A stretch of DNA of 16,583 nucleotides from Zygophlyctis sp. KS116. Taxonomy: Eukaryota > Fungi > Chytridiomycota. How positions within the stretch are numbered: the first letter of the stretch is position 1; the number at the start of each line of letters is the position of its first letter. Of this stretch, positions 10,611 to 16,583 are shown piece by piece. The DNA is taken from contig BAAFSQ010000222.1 in assembly GCA_054661495.1 (NCBI GenBank), positions 1-16,583 of the forward strand, in the 5' to 3' direction. A model generated the notes under the pieces. The model worked only from the letters and a program-made list of their open reading frames with translations. It did no database searches and was not told the DNA's origin. The position numbers and the translations under genes are program-made.

Positions 10611-11792
10611 ATTTATGATACTATCGACAATTTGTAATTCTTGCAGTGATAGTTTTTCTAAAAGTATAATTTGTTCACTTATACCGTGACAGTCTTTTGA
10701 TAACCTTTGCAGCCCATCTAAATTTCTTTCAATCCTCAATTTAACCTCTTGTATTATTTCCAAGATCATCTTGTTTACTTTAGATTCATTCTCTAGTGAA
10801 ATGATATCCCTTTTCCCTTGAACTAATTCATACCAAACAGATAGATCCAATTCATCAAAAGGAAAGGCTTGATCTGTAATCAAAACCACTAATCTAGTTG
10901 ACATAATTAATGAATAAGAAACTTGTTCAAAATGCAAGTAAAATTCTTGTGAGATTTGTGATTGACATAAAATATCTTTAAAACCTGCTGAAACGCATGG
11001 ATATATGCTATAAACCATTTCTGGATCCAACATTACCTAAATTTTTAGAAAAGTAAACTTTACATAATCATAAATATTATTTTCTTCTACAAACCCATAT
11101 TCACATGCAAGAAAAGTATTATCATGTGGACCATAACATAGAAACGCCTGACTTTCTGCAACAATTTTAGTTTTACAAGATAATTGAAATTTTTTAGATT
11201 TTTGATCATAGTGACTAGATATTGAAACAGAACTTGAATGATTCAAAAAATCCAAAAAAGGCATCAAAGCAATAGTAGGATACCCTTCCTGTCTAGATTG
11301 AAGAGTAACACATCTTGTATTAACAGCATACCAAGCCCATTGTAATATTTCAATCGGCATAGCTAGTCCTAAATTGCAAATAGATTTAATATCGTTATCA
11401 AATGACTCCAACTGTTTTCTTACATGCTTTTTTAGATTCCAGCTTGCAAAATCCAAAACTTTGGGATCCATCATCATTGGCAGATTAAACGTCGGTGGAA
11501 CTGCTTCAAGATAATCCCCCCAATCTCCTTGAAGTTGATTACTTTTCATTGCTCCCAAATAAAGTACCAATGCCTGAATTTCTGTAATCTGATCATAATT
11601 TGCATTTAATTCCTTTTTAACAGATTCAATTGTAATGATCAATTCCTTTGGGATCCTTAAAAATACACTCCCTTCCATAAATTCCTTTTTGCTTTTCAAT
11701 CCTTTTCCCATGTTTGGAAAATCAACAATTTCCAGATCTGTGACTAGACCCTTTGATTGCATCCAATGCATAATCTTTGATGCATCTGCCAT
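10602..11792 (-). CDS. SET-domain protein lysine methyltransferase, SETD4-like
   Basis: GKGLKSK, WAWYAVNTRC, ALMPFLDFLNHS and FLCYGPHDNTFLACEYGFV are typical of the SETD4/Rkm (Rubisco LSMT-like) class. Intron 11037-11063 joins the two ORFs. Confidence 0.85.
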
Positions 11793-11879
11793 ATCAGTGC
11801 AAATCGAATCAATTTTTAACTACCGAACGTAAGGATTGAGCTGAGGGCGTCCATCATTGATAGTGTTCTTTCAGTCCAA

Positions 11880-12274
11880 GCATTATTAGCTCATCAGAAG
11901 AGAACTGCGACGCTACACTATATCGTTTATTCTTTCCTCAAAAATTTGGATTTGAATGCTTCCATGGAACCCAAAGTAAAGATCTACAAAGGCAAAATTC
12001 AAGGAACAATGCAAATAAACATCAAAAAGTATTTGATGGAAAATCCTACTGATACTCTAAAGCAAATAAAAACAGAATTGCTTCCTGTCGCGATCTCTAC
12101 TCTATGTGACTACTTAAACAAGTATGGAGTATCTAGACAGCTTCCAAAGAGCAGAGTAGTATTGTCGAAATCTAAAAATAACAGAAAAAAGGCTTGATTT
12201 TTAGAAAATGTTGGAAAAAGACAATACCATGGTTGAATATTTTGAACTAACAAGACAATACTTGAATAATTTCT
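11880..12274 (+). mobile_element. Degenerate IS630-Tc1-mariner-like transposase fragment (HTH region only)
   Basis: IKKYLMENPTDTLKQIKTELLPVAISTLCDYLNKYG...PKSRVVLSK.KN resembles the Tc1/Tc3 second HTH and linker. A frameshift continues as RLDF then a stop. No DDE domain or paired terminal inverted repeat was seen. It occupies an unusually large intergenic gap. Confidence 0.55.
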
Positions 12275-12297
12275 AACGCTAGATAGTTTAAATAGCC

Positions 12298-13400
12298 TTA
12301 AAAGATGTCTTGAAAGAGTCTCAAGTCCAATTGAAACTCTACAATAGCTCCAAAAGTCCTCTCATCAACTCCAATAAACAAGAATGTATCACAAGGAGAT
12401 AAACTAATCCCAGAAATCTCTCCAAAAAAGTCTAAAGTCTGACAAGAAACATCTACATCACTTGAAAAAGATTGTTTCATATCAATTATATGAACATAAT
12501 CAACCATTTCTGCTAAAACCAATATTGATCCACTTGAATTAAACCTTGAAGATTGGACTGAAGCAATATTAGAGGCTAATTGAATCAATGGAACTTTAAA
12601 ATTCCGTACATCATATATAGAAAGAGTATGATCTTGACTACCAGTAGTTAAATAATTTCCATCTGGAGACCAAGATGTCGAAAAAGAAAAATCAGTATGA
12701 CAAGAAAGCGTGTATACAGTTTTTCCAGAGTCCGCACTTACAATCAAAGATTCTAAATCATCACCAACAACACTTAGTAGTCTTTTATCAGGAGATAAAC
12801 TTGAACACTTTAAATTCAAAAGCCTGATCTTACATTTACCGCCCAAGGAAATCTAAATTCTGCCAAAATCTTTTTCAAATCCAAATTTAAAATTCTTAAT
12901 CGTTCATCATTACTGGATATTAGAGCAGATTTACCCATCCTAGTATTCTGAATATCTACATAATTTATAATTTTATTTTGTGTAGATGTTGAAACTTGTC
13001 CAGTATATTCCTTAAAATCTGAAAATCTAGAATACTTGTACTCACCATTGAACCCTCCAGCGAATACAATATCATCTTTTGCATCCATTGCAGTAGCAGT
13101 CATTTGAAATATATCAGTTGTAATTTGATTAATTCTGCAATAATGCTTTACAAAATTACTACTGACATAGTATAAGTCCTGTTTAGAAGTTGAATGCAGC
13201 AGATTATTGAGTTGAAAATGAGGAATTCTTAAATTCTCTCTTTTAAATTCCAAAAATTCAAAGATTTCCAAACAATTTTCAAGTTTTTTCTTAATTTGAT
13301 GATTGACTAGAGATACTGATTGATATCTAGAATTTCTATCCTGTCGAAGTCTTGATCGGTCCTGTGCATTGTCCCAATTGATTCCCTGAGAGTCAATCAT
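12298..13400 (-). CDS. WD40 repeat protein, DUF2415 family (S. pombe SPBC2A9.03 / yeast Gid11-like)
   Basis: DSQGINW, IPHFQLNNLLHSTSKQDLYY, AGGFNGE, FPWAVNCSSLSPDKRLLSVVGD, HTDFSFSTSWSPDG, TGSQDHT and FFGEISGISLSP. Intron 12808-12833. Confidence 0.82.
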
Positions 13401-13536
13401 CCCTTTCTTATTCGAATCGTATTATTACATTTTTATATCTCTATAATTTAAAACTAAAGGCTAGGTCAATAAATGATGGTCAACCCTATTACGGTGGCTG
13501 AAAATTCTTGTACAAATCAATCAGTAAAGTGTGATA

Positions 13537-14345
13537 ATGGATGGATTCTTTTTACATCCTCTAGGCAATCAGATGAATCATCAAATGGTGAATATGGAAA
13601 ATATTAATTCTGTCTCAAATCTTAATATTTCAGACTCTTTATCGGAAGGTTATTTATCTCCTGCGTCCGCTGTTGCTCAGGGTTGGACTCCACAGGTTAT
13701 ATATGTTCCTTCTCCAATGATACAAATGATTCCATCTCCAATGACATCGTCAATGATTCCATCGCCACTATTACCCTCAATGGGTCAGATTTCTCAAGAA
13801 GCAATGGCTAGGTTTACTCAGGCTAATTCAGGTCTAGGTCTAGTATCACCAAATGAATCTAGTCAACAGCCAAATGAACCTACTTTTGAAGAAATGCTGT
13901 CTCTTTTGGGGGTTTTACCGGGTAGAAATAATATGGAATCTTGTGAGAATATAGATTATAATTTACAAAAATGCATTTCAAAAAAAGATCAAGATCGTAT
14001 ACTCTATAAATGTCCCTGGGCTGATTGTGAAAAAAGTAATTTTGATTTTAATTAAATTTAGCATTTACAAGACCTTATAATCTTAAAAGTCATTATAGAG
14101 GTCATACAGGTGAAAAACCATTTATTTGTAATTTATGTTTTACTGGATTCGCAAGAAAACATGATTTAAAAAGACATGTAAAGATTCACGATGGGGCAAA
14201 ATCTTTTTCTTGTCCATTTTGTGCAAAGTGTTTTACTAGATCAGATGCTCTAAGAAGACATTTGAAAAATGATAGATCTGGAAAAGAGACTAGTTGTGGT
14301 TTTAAACAAGCACAGATTACAAAAGAAGAAGATGCAAAGGAATGA
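13537..14345 (+). CDS. C2H2 zinc-finger transcription factor with three fingers, Crz1/Prz1-like DNA-binding domain
   Basis: After removing intron 14036-14061: [79 protein letters not shown]-rich N-terminus. Start codon uncertain. Confidence 0.85.
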
Positions 14346-14463
14346 GTTCAAGGCATTTTGAAATTCAGTTATTTTATTTTGGATTATTTGCAGAAACTAG
14401 TATTGAAAGTCAATAAAATCTTTTTAACATTTTAATTCCACAGGAGCAGATGACTGTGAGAGT

Positions 14464-15561
14464 TTAAGAGCCTCCATCGATCTTTACAAAAGGTCGTGCT
14501 TTTTCCAATATCCTGGTTAGAATCTCATCATTTTGCTTTATTGTACCATCTGTCGGTGGATGAGGCTGTAAATCCTATTTATAAATATCCGGAAATTACC
14601 TTTGCTGTTGTCGGTACAAATTTACCACCAGACTTGACAGTCTGTCCTTCTTTAAATACAACTCCCGGTGCTACTTTGATCACATCGGCCTAGAAATTAT
14701 TTTTTTAAAATTACCAAAATTGGAGAGTCCAAGCTATCATCTGGAACGAATCCTTGAATTTCATCAAAGTATACCATTGGTTCTTCCTTTTTTATTTTCT
14801 GATTGGATCGTTTGACTTTTCTAGCTGTTAAGTTAATCTTTGAAGTTTTCTCTTTTTCTTCCACCACATTCACTGAAACTTGAGGATTGAATGCTTTCAC
14901 CGGTGCTGATTTTCTTATGAGTGTTATCTTCCCATCAGAGTCGTATGTATAATTTGCCAAATTCCCATCTTTTTCAATGTGATGAATTCTATTCAATAAT
15001 TTTTTGTTCTCTTGTTTTATTATCTGATCTACTGTAAGTTTCTTTACCGGCTCAATGATTTCTTTTGACTTTTCAGGTCTTTTGAGCACTGGTCTATGAA
15101 TTGATTTGGCTTTATGTGGTTTTGTCTCCCGAATAGTCAATTCCGGACATGAGACCTTCCATTCTTTATTTTTAATCTTTGGAACATTTTCCTGTTCAAC
15201 TTCTTTTGGTATTTCTTTTTCAACTTTTAATATTCCTCTAGCCCAAGAGTCTGGTTGGATTGGCGCAAGTTCTACGATTAGTCACGTAAAAGTTACCAGC
15301 GTCTATTTCCCAAGTTTCCCTGTCTAGCGTCCCATTGTCTTTCTTTAAGAATCTCCACTTTATTCAGTTGATTTTAATTACATTTACAATATCCATAGAA
15401 ACTGATTTCACATACTGTAAAGTGTATGGAATCAACTGATTTTGAATTCTTTTAGCAAATATAACACTTGAGACTTTCTCCATGACTTGCTCGACAATCA
15501 AAATAGCTGTTTTTTGACCTTCTTCCGCATCGATGATGCCATTCCATTCTTCTTTGGACAT
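14464..15561 (-). CDS. C2orf81/DUF4639-like protein, 4 inferred introns; 5' end uncertain
   Basis: The spliced product EEWNGIIDAEEG...LIPYTLQYVK...WRFLKKD...WEIDAELAPIQPDSWARGILKV resembles the conserved N-terminal block of C2orf81 as I recall it. Introns: 15358-15381, 15272-15296, 14690-14714, 14575-14599. Extra upstream exons are possible (ATG 15869, MPPK). Confidence 0.7.
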
Positions 15562-16583
15562 GATGTGTCGGATTATTTGGTATGGAGAATTACAACTCAA
15601 TTCTGATTTCCTGATATGTTTATAATATAGGGAATCAGCTCCGTATATCTGAATAGTCAAATTCTGGGTTATATGTGAGGTTTTAGAGGATTTTGGCAAA
15701 AACTCAAGGATGAGTAAGGATAAGACAATAATGTAGTTTCAAAACTTTATTTGGATCATTGTACTTTCTCTCGATTGGAACGATGAACTGCCTGAGATAC
15801 AAGGCATAAATCTCAGCAAAAAACCTGATTTGAATTTAAAATTGCTGCATTTTTAAGTTTTGGAGGCATTTTGCGTAGCCGTTTCGATTTCCAAAATTTC
15901 TGCGGTTTTAATCCAAAGTTGATTCTGTGTTTTGATTGAACAGCAATAGATTCGTTTGTTTGCTGCAATTATATTCCCACATTTTGATATGGCGTCAGTT
16001 GAAGAATCACTTAAAACGGGTAAATAATCACTACAAAGTGATGTCGTTTTATTGCGCAGAGACTTCCAGCCGCTAGCTACCTAAAGCCGCCAGCTTAGCA
16101 TAGCACCTTATATAGGTATCCCGTTGTAAAAATCATTTTGAGAGCCATTTTTCTATTCTTTCTTCCCCACCAAAGTCGTTAATAGAGCATGCATGGAATT
16201 AATAGAAGATTTTAGAGACTTGATTGCAAAAGATAAATTGGAATTTGGTGAATCTGCTTCTGTAAGTTTAAGGATCTATTTAGTAAAGACTTGGAGCCAA
16301 ATTTCGTGCCAATTTTTAAAAGTATCATTCGGATAAATAACAATTGATTCACTGTTCGAAATTTTGTGCCCTGTGTAATACAGATTAACTCCACAAGAGT
16401 TGCGATCATATTGCTTTGAAGATTGGCCGAGTCTATAGCTCACATTTAATTATGTCCCGTGTAAGTCTGGATGAATCCAATAATACCATCAAAAATTACA
16501 CAATACCCAAACATACCGAAAATATAATTGTGTATTGTTTGTGCCGAAATATAATACACAAACAATCATTGTGACTCAGACCA

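Noticed and set aside
5396-11063. Stop-codon reassignment suggested by in-frame ORFs separated by TAA/TAG (5410/5414 and 11033/11037)
   Set aside because: Those stops fall inside 27-nt introns, and conserved proteins terminate correctly at TAA/TAG.
278-15327. Other short ORFs (278-460, 921-1121, 1185-1568, 2931-3173, 9069-9260, 11635-11832, 14496-14693, 15106-15327)
   Set aside because: Antisense or alternative-frame overlaps of well-supported genes, with no recognisable motifs.
114-15699. Genes look like frameshifted pseudogenes or programmed frameshifts
   Set aside because: Every break coincides with a GTA...AG segment whose removal restores the frame and conserved motifs.
16212-16409. 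65-aa minus-strand ORF
   Set aside because: No motif and no coherent spliced extension.
16279-16440. Minus-strand peptide KQYDRNSCGV resembling a Ulp1/C48 protease catalytic motif
   Set aside because: Short match in a stop-bounded frame with no convincing catalytic His/Asp context; could be chance or a decayed relic.

Overview
AT-rich, extremely compact eukaryotic nuclear DNA, read in the standard genetic code (TAA/TAG/TGA all used as stops). The fragmented ORF track resolves into about 10 intact genes once 27 hand-called, ultra-short GT-AG introns (24-32 nt, all starting GTA[A/T]) are removed. Left to right: glucosidase II beta subunit (-); two tandem, uncharacterised coiled-coil/disordered paralogs (-) that share a near-identical 327-bp tract, one of them with a 483-bp internal tandem repeat; nuclear-encoded complex I 49-kDa subunit NDUFS2 (-); METTL4-type MT-A70 methyltransferase (-) head-to-head with PPIL2 cyclophilin (+); SETD4-like methyltransferase (-); a Tc1/mariner-like transposase relic; DUF2415/Gid11-like WD40 protein (-); Crz1-like C2H2 factor (+); C2orf81/DUF4639-like protein (-); and an unexplained ~0.9-kb right end. 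Gene content suggests a zoosporic, chytrid-like fungus (inference only). The most notable signals are the miniature intron system, the near absence of intergenic DNA and the tandem paralog pair. All splicing and family calls were made by eye, without RNA or database evidence.
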